Under the pieces are notes generated by a model that saw only the letters and a list, made by a program, of their open reading frames with translations, did no database searches and was not told where the DNA came from. Below, piece by piece: positions 49,727-58,439 of a DNA stretch of 64,000 nt (positions are counted from its first letter, which is position 1; every line of letters starts with the position of its first letter). The stretch comes from an uncultured Bacilli bacterium (GTDB lineage Bacteria > Bacillota_I > Bacilli_A > RF39 > UBA660). Made by a program: the position numbers and the translations under genes. The stretch covers positions 153 to 64,152 of the forward strand of contig CAKOKN010000002.1 of the NCBI GenBank assembly GCA_934091055.1. The letters run 5' to 3'.

Positions 49727-50737
49727 TTATGCTCTCCTTTGCTTTTTAGGCTGAGGCTCACCAGAAAGTATTTCTTTTTCTTTTTTTGTCATTAATTCAG
49801 ATAAATCAACTTCTTTTTTAATACTTTTTGTATTCATAATAAAGCTGTTAATATAAACATCATTATTTTCTTCAAAATTTATTTTAAAGTCTTCTTTGAC
49901 ATTCATATTTAAAAAAGATATAACTTCATTCATCATCAAGAATAATTTATTTCTATTCATATCATTAGCATTACCCCAAAAGGTAACTATAACCTTATTG
50001 TTAGTACCGCCTAATGTTTCTAACAAGTATAATAGTGTTGTTACAGAATATGGGTTTTGAATAAGAAAAGTTTTACCATCATCTATTTTTTCTACATTAT
50101 CTTTAGTTACCTTAAATAACATCTTATCTTTCTTATATAGAATAGAATTATCCTCTCCGAGAGTACTTGCATATGGTGAAATAAGATTTTTTCTTTCTTT
50201 ATCAGCAGCATCTAATTTTCCTTTATATAACTCTATTACATCATCATTTTTTGGATCTATGCCCATCTTTAATAAATGGTCAACATATATATCGATCATA
50301 TTGTAATTGATTAAAGTCCATTGTTTAAAGTTATTATCTGAAGAAAACAAAGTATTGGAGTTGCTTATGTTATTATCAATAATATATTTTACAACATTTG
50401 ATGGATCATAACCTAACTTATTACAATAAAGAATATATAATTCTAAAGCGTATTCCATTGTATTACTGATTTTATAATCACCAAGTCTATTTAATTTATA
50501 ATCATTATTATATATATCATACTTACTTGTGTCTAAATTATGTTTATCATTAATTATGTTTTTACTTGTTTCTGTGTAATCACCAGGATCTATAATATTA
50601 TTTATATTGTAATCATCATTCATATTATTACTTGAATTATAATTACCTATATTTGTGTCTTCATCTTTAATTTTTCTATTAACATTAGCCCAATTGTTTT
50701 CTTGCGATATTTTGTAATTTATTGAATTTCTTTCCAT
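49727..50737 (-). CDS. Hypothetical protein (336 aa), first gene of an uncharacterised pair
   Basis: AAGGAGAG RBS 8 nt upstream of the ATG. Asn/Asp-rich N-terminal ~90 aa, basic tail KKQRRA. No recognisable motif. Confidence 0.6.
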   Translation of the reverse strand: MERNSINYKISQENNWANVNRKIKDEDTNIGNYNSSNNMNDDYNINNIIDPGDYTETSKNIINDKHNLDTSKYDIYNNDYKLNRLGDYKISNTMEYALELYILYCNKLGYDPSNVVKYIIDNNISNSNTLFSSDNNFKQWTLINYNMIDIYVDHLLKMGIDPKNDDVIELYKGKLDAADKERKNLISPYASTLGEDNSILYKKDKMLFKVTKDNVEKIDDGKTFLIQNPYSVTTLLYLLETLGGTNNKVIVTFWGNANDMNRNKLFLMMNEVISFLNMNVKEDFKINFEENNDVYINSFIMNTKSIKKEVDLSELMTKKEKEILSGEPQPKKQRRA

Positions 50738-51023
50738 AATTTTAAATCACTCTCCTTCTTTGAAAATAACTAAATCTAGATAAAAATATTATATCATACA
50801 AATTAAATAGTTAAAATACATATTAATTATGCAAGATATAACTTTATGTTATGGTAAATACATATTAATATATATAATTCATTATACCAAAAAAGAATTA
50901 TAATATCAATATCAGTAAAAGCCTTATATAACTAAAAGTTATAATTAAAATAACAAATATGTATTTTACTTATATAATATACAATGATATAATACAAACT
51001 GATTTTCAGAAAGGAGGAAATTT

Positions 51024-51242
51024 ATGGGCAATTTAAATAATAAAAACAAAGAAGTATTAACAGATGCAGAAATAATAAAAATCATTAAGGTTCTATTGGA
51101 AATGTTAGAATATAGAAGAAGATTAGAAATAGAATATCCAAATATAATTTCAACCAGTGAACTAGATAAATACAAAAATAATATAAACAATGATGATAAG
51201 TACACAAAAATTAAAAAGAATAATTATATAAGTTATAAATAA
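51024..51242 (+). CDS. Small hypothetical protein (72 aa)
   Basis: Strong RBS GAAAGGAGGAAATTTATG. Predicted helical and charged. Divergent from the 336/602-aa pair. Confidence 0.5.
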   Translation: MGNLNNKNKEVLTDAEIIKIIKVLLEMLEYRRRLEIEYPNIISTSELDKYKNNINNDDKYTKIKKNNYISYK

Positions 51243-51325
51243 TAGAGGATAAAGATGAAAGAAATTAAAAAATTATATTTGTGTTTATGATGAAAAGCCA
51301 CGAATAAAAAGGAAGAAGGTATAAA

Positions 51326-51916
51326 ATGAGAAAAGAAGAATTAATAAAGCTTAAAGAAAAATTAGAAATGGAAAAAAGAAATCAAAGTAAATACGTTTTA
51401 GTTGATGATACAGGAATTTCAGGAGATAATCACTTTACATTAGAAGAAATTAAAAAAAGAAATGATGAAAAAGAGCTTGTCAAAAATATAGAAAAATTAT
51501 TTGAAGAATTAATACATCATTATTCTGATTTGGATATAGCATATGACTCCATAAACTTGTTAATAAGTTATGCCTTATTTTATAAAAAATATGATTATTT
51601 AAAAAAAGAAAGTTATCCAGAAAATTTTAAACCACTATATGATTATATCTGTTTAAGAATAAGTTACTTTTATTGTTCTGAAAGAGAAAAAGAATATGAA
51701 GAGGATCCAACAGACATATTAGTTAAATATGATAAGGAATATATTATGACTTTAAGTAGTTTTAAGAGAACTCTAGTAGAAAGAGGTTTTGACATATCAT
51801 TAATACATGATTTTAAAGAGGTTGAAGAGTATATATCAAATGAAGAAATACTATGTGCTAAATTACCGATTAATTTTTCCAGTACTAATTCAAAAACAAA
51901 AAAATATGTGAGATAA
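51326..51916 (+). CDS. Hypothetical protein (196 aa)
   Basis: RBS AAGGAAGAAGG upstream of the ATG. No recognisable motif. Followed by a clean terminator. Confidence 0.5.
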   Translation: MRKEELIKLKEKLEMEKRNQSKYVLVDDTGISGDNHFTLEEIKKRNDEKELVKNIEKLFEELIHHYSDLDIAYDSINLLISYALFYKKYDYLKKESYPENFKPLYDYICLRISYFYCSEREKEYEEDPTDILVKYDKEYIMTLSSFKRTLVERGFDISLIHDFKEVEEYISNEEILCAKLPINFSSTNSKTKKYVR

Positions 51917-51938
51917 AACGAAACTCACATATTTTTCT
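51900..51938 (+). terminator. Intrinsic terminator
   Basis: Stem AAATATGTGAG (51902-51912) / CTCACATATTT (51924-51934) followed by TTTT. Confidence 0.65.
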
Positions 51939-51939
51939 A

Positions 51940-52002
51940 TATCAACAGCTTCTGTGGATACATAAACTCTCAAAGAAAAAGTATCAACAATTCCTGTTGA
52001 TA
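51940..52002. promoter_or_regulatory. Two convergent DnaA-box-like pairs (21-bp palindromes)
   Basis: TATCAACAGCTTCTGTGGATA (51940-51960) and TATCAACAATTCCTGTTGATA (51982-52002), centres 42 bp apart, between two convergent gene ends. Confidence 0.5.
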
Positions 52003-52010
52003 CTCTAATA

Positions 52011-52538
52011 TTATTTAGTTTCAATTAAACCATAGTCGCCATCTTTTCTCTTATAAAGTACACATACCTTATCAGTATCCATATCTTTATATACAAAGAA
52101 AGAGTGCCCTAATAGTTCCATTTCAAGTATAGCCTCTTCTTCATCCATAGGCTTCATTTCTATATTTTTCCTTTTAACTACTTTTTCTTTAGATTCTTCA
52201 TCTTCAAGAATTTCATAGTCAAAGTTGAATTCTTTAACATTCTCTTTAACATTTCTATTTAATCTTGTTTTATTCTTTCTGATTTGTCTTTCTAGCTTGT
52301 CTGTAACTAAGTCAATAGCGGCATATAAATCATCATTTTCTTCCTCACTTCTAAGAATAAACTTACTAGTAGGAATAGTTACCTCTACTATTTGATTATT
52401 GCCTCTAACTCTAGCAAGTACATTAGCAGTAATATCATCATCCTTAAAATATTTTTCAAGTCTTCCTAATTTAGATTCAGTGTAGTCTTTAATGGCGTCT
52501 GTAATCACCATTCTATCACCACGAATATTGTATTTCAT
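52011..52538 (-). CDS. hpf: Ribosome hibernation promoting factor, long form
   Basis: 175 aa from MKYNIRG. N-terminal RaiA/HPF fold (ITDAIKDYTESKLGRLEKYF) and C-terminal dimerisation domain (KPMDEEEAILEMELLGHSFFVY...YKRKDGDYGLIE). Confidence 0.9.
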   Translation of the reverse strand: MKYNIRGDRMVITDAIKDYTESKLGRLEKYFKDDDITANVLARVRGNNQIVEVTIPTSKFILRSEEENDDLYAAIDLVTDKLERQIRKNKTRLNRNVKENVKEFNFDYEILEDEESKEKVVKRKNIEMKPMDEEEAILEMELLGHSFFVYKDMDTDKVCVLYKRKDGDYGLIETK

Positions 52539-52623
52539 ATACATCATCCTTTCTAACTATAGTATAACAAATTACTAATAAAAATTAAATAGAATTAAGT
52601 AAAATAACATAATTTAACATAAT

Positions 52624-53538
52624 TTACTTCCAAAGATTATAATTATATTCACCATTATCTACTAGATTTTTAATGGCACTTCTAACTGAAGGAGTATCCT
52701 CTTTATAAGTAACTCCATACCAACTAGCAGTAGTATTAATAACTTTAGTAGTTACTTTATTTTCCTGAATTAGTTTTTCTAAAACATCTGGAATTAAGTA
52801 TTCACTAGTTAAAAGATTATCTTTATTCTCTTCGAGGAATATAGGGAATCTATCTTCTATATGTTTAAATATACTAGGAGTAAATAATAAGAAATTCATA
52901 CTTACTGTGGCATTGTCATCAACATTAAATTCTCCTCTTCCATCTAAAGGTTTAGCAACAATGACATTATTAACTCTCTCAACTTTACTTTCTATAATTG
53001 ATTTTAAATAATCATTTTCATCTACTTCACATACACCTCTTTTAACAGAACCATTCTCAGTTAATGTATTAGATACCATATAACCAATCATTCCATAATT
53101 ATTAGAGTTACTATCAACATTAACTAAAAAGTTATATGCTTTAATAAATGCATCTCTTCCATAAAAATCATCAGCATTAATCATAGCAAATGGTTCATTC
53201 ACTACATCTTTGCAGCAAAGTACTGCGTGAGCAGTTCCTAAAGGTTTTGTTCTATCACTAGGTAGTTCATATCCTATAGGTAAGTTATTTAATTCCTGAA
53301 AGGCATATTCTACCTTAATGTGAGGCTCTACTCTTGCTCCTATTGTTTCTTTAAATAAATCATAATTCTCTCTCTTTATTAAGAATACTATTTTGTTAAA
53401 ACCAGCCTTAATAGCGTCATAAACGGAATAGTCAATAATAAACTCATCACTAGGACCCATAGGTTCAATTTGTTTAAGACCTCCAAAACGACTACCCATA
53501 CCAGCAGCCAAAATAACTAAAGTAATATCTTTTTTCAT
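52624..53538 (-). CDS. Sugar-phosphate nucleotidyltransferase family protein
   Basis: 304 aa. N-terminal VILAAGMGSRFGGLKQ (GxGxRx nucleotide-binding loop) and a GT-A-like NTP-transferase layout. Substrate unknown. Confidence 0.7.
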   Translation of the reverse strand: MKKDITLVILAAGMGSRFGGLKQIEPMGPSDEFIIDYSVYDAIKAGFNKIVFLIKRENYDLFKETIGARVEPHIKVEYAFQELNNLPIGYELPSDRTKPLGTAHAVLCCKDVVNEPFAMINADDFYGRDAFIKAYNFLVNVDSNSNNYGMIGYMVSNTLTENGSVKRGVCEVDENDYLKSIIESKVERVNNVIVAKPLDGRGEFNVDDNATVSMNFLLFTPSIFKHIEDRFPIFLEENKDNLLTSEYLIPDVLEKLIQENKVTTKVINTTASWYGVTYKEDTPSVRSAIKNLVDNGEYNYNLWK

Positions 53539-53791
53539 CTTTCCTCCTTAAAGCAATAAATTTATGTTTACTTTTTGCTTATAGCAAATTAAAACATACT
53601 ACTTTCAACTTGATTATATCAAAGAAAAATTAAAAAGTTAACCCTTTTTGTTTAAAAAACTAAAAAAAGTAACATTATATAAAAGAATATTCGCAGATAT
53701 TCATACGAGAGAAGATCTTTCTCTTTTTTCTTTTTAAAAATATTTATTTATTTCTTATATTTTGATATACTTTAATTAGGAGGTAGAAAAT

Positions 53792-54148
53792 ATGGATATA
53801 TTTTGTAAAATTATTAATGGAGAAGTACCATCATATACTATATATGAAGATGATATAGTTAAAGTGTTTCTAGATGTAAATCCTAATCATTTAGGACATA
53901 CTCTTATAGTACCTAAAAAGCATTATCAAGATTTTTTTGATATCGATGATGTTACTCTTCATCATATATTAAAAGTAGCCAAAGAAGTAGCGGAACTATT
54001 GAAAGAAAGATTAAATTACGATGGTATTTCATTATGTGAAAATAATGGTTTAGGTCAGGAGGTTAAACACTTTCACCTACATTTAATACCAAAATATAAT
54101 AATGAAAAAAAATTAACTTTAGAAGAAGTATATAAAAAATTAAAGTAG
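53792..54148 (+). CDS. hit: HIT family (Hint-like) nucleotide hydrolase
   Basis: 118 aa. Canonical triad VKHFHLHLIPK and GHTLIVPKKH. Confidence 0.9.
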   Translation: MDIFCKIINGEVPSYTIYEDDIVKVFLDVNPNHLGHTLIVPKKHYQDFFDIDDVTLHHILKVAKEVAELLKERLNYDGISLCENNGLGQEVKHFHLHLIPKYNNEKKLTLEEVYKKLK

Positions 54149-54166
54149 GTTTATGCCTACTTTTAA
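54142..54166 (+). terminator. Intrinsic terminator of hit
   Basis: AAAGTAGG-TTTATG-CCTACTTT followed by T residues. Overlaps the stop codon. Confidence 0.55.
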
Positions 54167-54214
54167 TATTGGAAAAAACTATCCGAAGATAGTTTCATAT
54201 ACTTAAAAGATATT

Positions 54215-54316
54215 TTAATATAAGAAAGCAGATCCTAATATAATAGCAAGTAAAATATATAAAACAATAACGATTAAGAAGCCATTACTTCCCTTACATG
54301 AACTATTTGTAGACAT
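54215..54316 (-). CDS. YjcZ-like small hydrophobic peptide (33 aa)
   Basis: Not in the ORF track (too short). My translation is MSTNSSCKGSNGFLIVIVLYILLAIILGSAFLY. GGAGGTG RBS at 54322-54330. Confidence 0.5.
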   Translation of the reverse strand: MSTNSSCKGSNGFLIVIVLYILLAIILGSAFLY

Positions 54317-54334
54317 TATTTTGCACCTCCTTTA

Positions 54335-54424
54335 TTATATCCAAGCGCCTAGTATGATTATTAGTAGAATAAATAATACTAAAACAATTGCAGCAGAAGA
54401 ACCACAAGTTCCACAGTTACCCAT
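54335..54424 (-). CDS. YjcZ-like small hydrophobic peptide (29 aa)
   Basis: My translation is MGNCGTCGSSAAIVLVLFILLIIILGAWI. GGAGGAA RBS at 54431-54437. Resembles the Gly/Cys-rich head plus (A/I)LIVVLFILLIIxG tail of the YjcZ sporulation peptide family. Confidence 0.5.
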   Translation of the reverse strand: MGNCGTCGSSAAIVLVLFILLIIILGAWI

Positions 54425-54553
54425 AATACATTCCTCCTTTTTTTCTATTCACATTATTTTATGGAAAAATATAAAAAAGGTGTCGGATTATATCTAATAT
54501 AAAATTCAAAAGATTAAAAACTATGGTAATTAACCCATATTTCTAAAATAACC

Positions 54554-54582
54554 TTGAAATTTTTAACTATTTTTGATATTAT
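54554..54582 (+). promoter_or_regulatory. Candidate sigma-A promoter of prsA
   Basis: TTGAAA (54554-54559), 17-nt spacer ending in TGA (extended -10), TATTAT (54577-54582). Lies ~28 nt upstream of the RBS/ATG. Confidence 0.4.
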
Positions 54583-54609
54583 ATTAATGTATCTTTGAAA
54601 GGAGAATAA

Positions 54610-55692
54610 ATGATGACAAAGAAAAAAGAAAAGGAAATAAACATACCAGAAAAGAGTAAAAAAGAAAAGAAAAATAAGAATAGCAAAAATATGAAACAGG
54701 ATAAATTATATAAATTTTTTGATTTTGTAGATAAATATAGATTAGCTATTTATGGTGCAGTCGGAGGAGTTCTTGTAACAATACTAGTAGTTATACTTAT
54801 TTGGCCTGAACGTATTGCTAAATTAAAGGATGGTACAGAACCAGTTGTAAAAATAGATGGAATGACAATAAATGCAGAGACTTTATATGAAGATATGAAA
54901 GATATGTATTCAATTACTGCTTTATTAGATAAAATAGATAATAAAATACTTGAAGAAAAATATCCTGAGACAGATGAAATGAACGATGAATTACAAAGCC
55001 AAGCAGAAAGTTATTATAGTGCTTATGAACAATATTATCAATTAAGTAAAGAAGACTTTTTAACTAAACAAGGTTTTGGAAGTGAAAAAGCTTTTATTGA
55101 ATATTTAAGACTAAATTATCGTAGAAAACAATATGCTGAAGATTATATTAAGAGTCAAGTAACAGATAAAGAGATCGAAGACTATTATAATGATAAAGTA
55201 TATGGTGATATAAATACTAAACATATCTTAGTAAAAGTTGAAAGTGATGCAACAGATGATGAAAAGAAAAAAGCAGAAGACTTAGCTAAAGAAATTATAG
55301 CTAAATTAGATGAAGGTAAATCATTTGATGAAGTAAAAGAAGAATATAAGGATTCTACTACTTATGAAGAGTTAGGATATAAATCATACAATGCTAATTT
55401 AGAGTCTGCTTATATGGAAGAAATGCAAAAACTAGAAGATAATAGTTATAGTAAAACTCCAGTTAAAACTTCATATGGTTATCATATAATCTATAGAATA
55501 GATCAAAAAGAAAAACCTAAATTAGAGGATATTAAAGATGAAGTTATAGAGTCAATTGCTACACAAAAGTCAGCAGATGATGCTAATCTTTCATATATAG
55601 CTTTAGATAAGATGAGACAAGATGCTGGATTAAAATTTGATGATACAGTTCTAGAAGCAAAATATGAAACTTATATGAAACAATATAAATAA
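54610..55692 (+). CDS. prsA: Foldase PrsA-like peptidyl-prolyl isomerase (parvulin type), membrane anchored
   Basis: 360 aa. N-terminal Lys-rich segment plus TM helix (AIYGAVGGVLVTILVVILIW). Parvulin domain INTKHILVKV...SYGYHIIYRI. Confidence 0.8.
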   Translation: MMTKKKEKEINIPEKSKKEKKNKNSKNMKQDKLYKFFDFVDKYRLAIYGAVGGVLVTILVVILIWPERIAKLKDGTEPVVKIDGMTINAETLYEDMKDMYSITALLDKIDNKILEEKYPETDEMNDELQSQAESYYSAYEQYYQLSKEDFLTKQGFGSEKAFIEYLRLNYRRKQYAEDYIKSQVTDKEIEDYYNDKVYGDINTKHILVKVESDATDDEKKKAEDLAKEIIAKLDEGKSFDEVKEEYKDSTTYEELGYKSYNANLESAYMEEMQKLEDNSYSKTPVKTSYGYHIIYRIDQKEKPKLEDIKDEVIESIATQKSADDANLSYIALDKMRQDAGLKFDDTVLEAKYETYMKQYK

Positions 55693-55696
55693 TAAA

Positions 55697-55727
55697 TAAA
55701 AATGGTATCAACTAAATACCATTTTTT
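55697..55727. terminator. Bidirectional terminator between prsA and the convergent gene
   Basis: AAAAATGGTAT-CAACTAA-ATACCATTTTT, with an A-run and a T-run on either side. Confidence 0.6.
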
Positions 55728-56352
55728 AATTACTAATTTTATTAAACATTTTTACAGTTTTATAGAAGTCTTGAAACTTCTTATTCCAATTATATTTAAT
55801 CTCTTTAATCAAAGTCTTCTTAATAATATCAATATCTTGTTCTTCTTTTTCAAAATAATCATAGTATAAATATTTCAAATTAATAAGAGAGTTTTCTTTA
55901 GATATATATCTAATAAGAAAATCTTTCTTTTCTTTCTCAAGTCTATTTATATTAAATATTCTTCTTTTTTGATTTTTAATTATACCAATATTATATTTAT
56001 TATTATCATTAACTTCGTCAAGAACTTCTTCTTCTTCATCTAGTAGAAGGCTACTTCTTTTAATTAAGTTACCCTTGTCATTAAATAGAAGGCCCATAGC
56101 TTCTTTACCATTGGTAATAAGACAAGAAGGTCCAACCTTAAGTTTAGTGTAGGTACTAGTTTTGTCTTTAATACTTCTTATAAAATCCTGATCTACAGTA
56201 ATGATATTATATTTCATCGAAGTATAAGTATTATTATCAACAAGAAAAAAAGGGATCTTTTTAATATTTATAATATTATCACTTTTATACCACTCAAAAA
56301 AATTATAATAGTCCTTATTAAAATTTAGTACTACATCATAAATATAATTCAT
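55726..56352 (-). CDS. Hypothetical protein (208 aa)
   Basis: Uninterrupted ORF. Its start overlaps the upstream 69-aa ORF stop by 4 nt (ATGA). No motif recognised. Confidence 0.5.
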   Translation of the reverse strand: MNYIYDVVLNFNKDYYNFFEWYKSDNIINIKKIPFFLVDNNTYTSMKYNIITVDQDFIRSIKDKTSTYTKLKVGPSCLITNGKEAMGLLFNDKGNLIKRSSLLLDEEEEVLDEVNDNNKYNIGIIKNQKRRIFNINRLEKEKKDFLIRYISKENSLINLKYLYYDYFEKEEQDIDIIKKTLIKEIKYNWNKKFQDFYKTVKMFNKISN

Positions 56353-56558
56353 TTTTTATCGTCTCCTTTAAGTGTTATAGATAGTGTCATCATAATTATA
56401 CCAATTATACTATAATAACATTCTATTCTTCTGATAATAAAATTAACATAATTAACAAAATTATACCCCATTGTAAGTAAATTTAAATATAAAATAATGT
56501 AGCTGCAGCCTATTACTGTTAATCCAAATCCCAGTAAGAATATAATTGCCCTTACCAT
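56349..56558 (-). CDS. Small membrane protein (69 aa, two TM helices)
   Basis: Hydrophobic segments AIIFLLGFGLTVIGCSYIILYL and YYSIIGIIMMTLSITL. Translationally coupled to the next gene. Confidence 0.45.
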   Translation of the reverse strand: MVRAIIFLLGFGLTVIGCSYIILYLNLLTMGYNFVNYVNFIIRRIECYYSIIGIIMMTLSITLKGDDKK

Positions 56559-56614
56559 ATTTCCACCTACTAAATACTATGTAAATATATTAGTAATATA
56601 ATAAAAAAAGAAAA

Positions 56615-57253
56615 TCAATCTTTTGATTTTCCCAAAAATCTTAATAAGTCTATAAATACATTTATAAAGTCTAAGTACAATTGAAATGCACCATATATAG
56701 CAAGCTTATCTTCATCTATATCATACATTCTTCTTTTTACTATATTAATGTCATATATTATATATCCCAAGAAGATAATTAAACTTATAACACTAGTGGC
56801 CATATCTAGGAAATTACTTTTGAATATTAGAGCGTTAAGTATAATAAGAATAAGCTCTCCCAGTAGACCAAATAACAATATAGTACCTATTTTAGTTACA
56901 TCTCTTTTTGTTACATATCCATATATAGCAAGTAGGATAAATACAATTGAAGTAGCTAAAAAAGTAATTGCTATAGAAGATATTTTGAATGACAAGAATA
57001 TAAATGATAATGTAAGTCCAGTAAGGAGTGAGTATATAATATATAATACAATAGAAGCTGTTTTAGATATCTTTCTAATAAAGAAACTAAATATAAAAGC
57101 TACTACAAGTTCTAATATTATAATAGGAGCCATACCAATACTTAATATCTTAGTTAATAATACTGTATTAGTAGATAAATAATAGCCTGCTCCAAAAGAT
57201 ATTAATAGACCGATAGCTAACCAAAGAAATACTTTATTAAATATTTTATCCAT
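56615..57253 (-). CDS. Bax inhibitor-1/YccA family membrane protein
   Basis: 212 aa, ~7 TM helices. C-terminal AIYGAFQLYLDFINVFIDLLRFLG is typical of the BI-1 family. Confidence 0.8.
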   Translation of the reverse strand: MDKIFNKVFLWLAIGLLISFGAGYYLSTNTVLLTKILSIGMAPIIILELVVAFIFSFFIRKISKTASIVLYIIYSLLTGLTLSFIFLSFKISSIAITFLATSIVFILLAIYGYVTKRDVTKIGTILLFGLLGELILIILNALIFKSNFLDMATSVISLIIFLGYIIYDINIVKRRMYDIDEDKLAIYGAFQLYLDFINVFIDLLRFLGKSKD

Positions 57254-58334
57254 CTAATTCATCTCTTCTTTCATTATTTATTTTATCAATTTCAACACCA
57301 CTTATAACATCAAATTTCTTTGATATCTTTTCAGTAGTAATATAAACACTTTCTACATCTTTATTAACAGTTTGAATACTTTTAGCAAGTTTATCCCATC
57401 TTTCTTTGTATCTAGAAAACTCAACGCCAAGTTTATTTAGTTCTTCGTGTATTATTGAAGTATATTTGTCTCTTTCAATATTTTTAATAATCATTTGAAT
57501 AACTGTTAAAGTAGATATAAGCGTAGTAGGAGACGTAATCCAAACTCTCTTTTTATAAGCATACTCTATAATATCTTGATGATATGCATTTATTTCAGCG
57601 AATATAGCTTCTGCTGGTAAAAACATTATAGCTTGATTAGAGGTAACTCCTTCAATTATATATTTGCTACTTATGGCATCGATATGTTTTTTAACATCAA
57701 TTTTGAATTGTTTTTCATACCTATCTCTTACATCTTGAGGTATCTTTTTATCTACCATCATTCGATAGTTCTCTAATGGGAACTTAGAGTCTATAGCAAC
57801 AGTACCAAGTGGTTTAGGAGCAAATAAAACAGAATCTGCAATAGTACCATTAGGAAGAGTATATTGAATAGAATATATTTTATCATTCTTTTCTCCAAAT
57901 ACACTAGATAATATATGTTTAAGATTTACTTCTCCAAATATACCTCTACTCTTTTTATCAGTTAAGATACTCTGAAGGGAAACTATGTCATTAGATAAGT
58001 TATCTATTTTTTTCTGTGCTTCATCTATCTTACTAAGTCTTTCTAGGACATTAGTAAACGTTTTGTTAGTCTTTTCAAAGTTTTGATCCAGTCTTTCATT
58101 AACTTTATCATTTATTTGACTAAGTTTTTTCTCCATACGATCATTAAGTCCATTGAAGTTATCATTCATAGTCTTCATAATATCTATTTGAAAGCTTGAT
58201 AGTTCTTTTACTGTATTAGTCTCTAGATTACCCAGTCTTTCAGTTATCTTTCCTTCATTTACATTTTTACTAATAGCTATAATGACTAATATAATAACTA
58301 TTATTAATAGTCCAATTATTATATAATCGAGCAT
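57246..58334 (-). CDS. rmuC: DNA recombination protein RmuC
   Basis: 362 aa. N-terminal TM helix, long coiled coil, C-terminal RmuC nuclease-like region (AIDSKFPLENY...AIMFLPAEAIFAEI...VWITSPTTL). Confidence 0.85.
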   Translation of the reverse strand: MLDYIIIGLLIIVIILVIIAISKNVNEGKITERLGNLETNTVKELSSFQIDIMKTMNDNFNGLNDRMEKKLSQINDKVNERLDQNFEKTNKTFTNVLERLSKIDEAQKKIDNLSNDIVSLQSILTDKKSRGIFGEVNLKHILSSVFGEKNDKIYSIQYTLPNGTIADSVLFAPKPLGTVAIDSKFPLENYRMMVDKKIPQDVRDRYEKQFKIDVKKHIDAISSKYIIEGVTSNQAIMFLPAEAIFAEINAYHQDIIEYAYKKRVWITSPTTLISTLTVIQMIIKNIERDKYTSIIHEELNKLGVEFSRYKERWDKLAKSIQTVNKDVESVYITTEKISKKFDVISGVEIDKINNERRDELDG

Positions 58335-58439
58335 ATTTATACCTCCTTATTTGCATAATAAAAGTATATCATATAATTACTTTTTAGTAAATAAAAATAG
58401 TATAAAAAACAAACATTTGTATACAAGTATATTTATATT

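Noticed and set aside
53707-53730. Orphan hairpin GAGAGAA-GATCT-TTCTC followed by a T-run upstream of hit, as a possible small-RNA terminator.
   Set aside because: The stem is short (5-7 bp), and there is no recognisable upstream promoter, ORF or conserved structure. I cannot support a feature from sequence alone.
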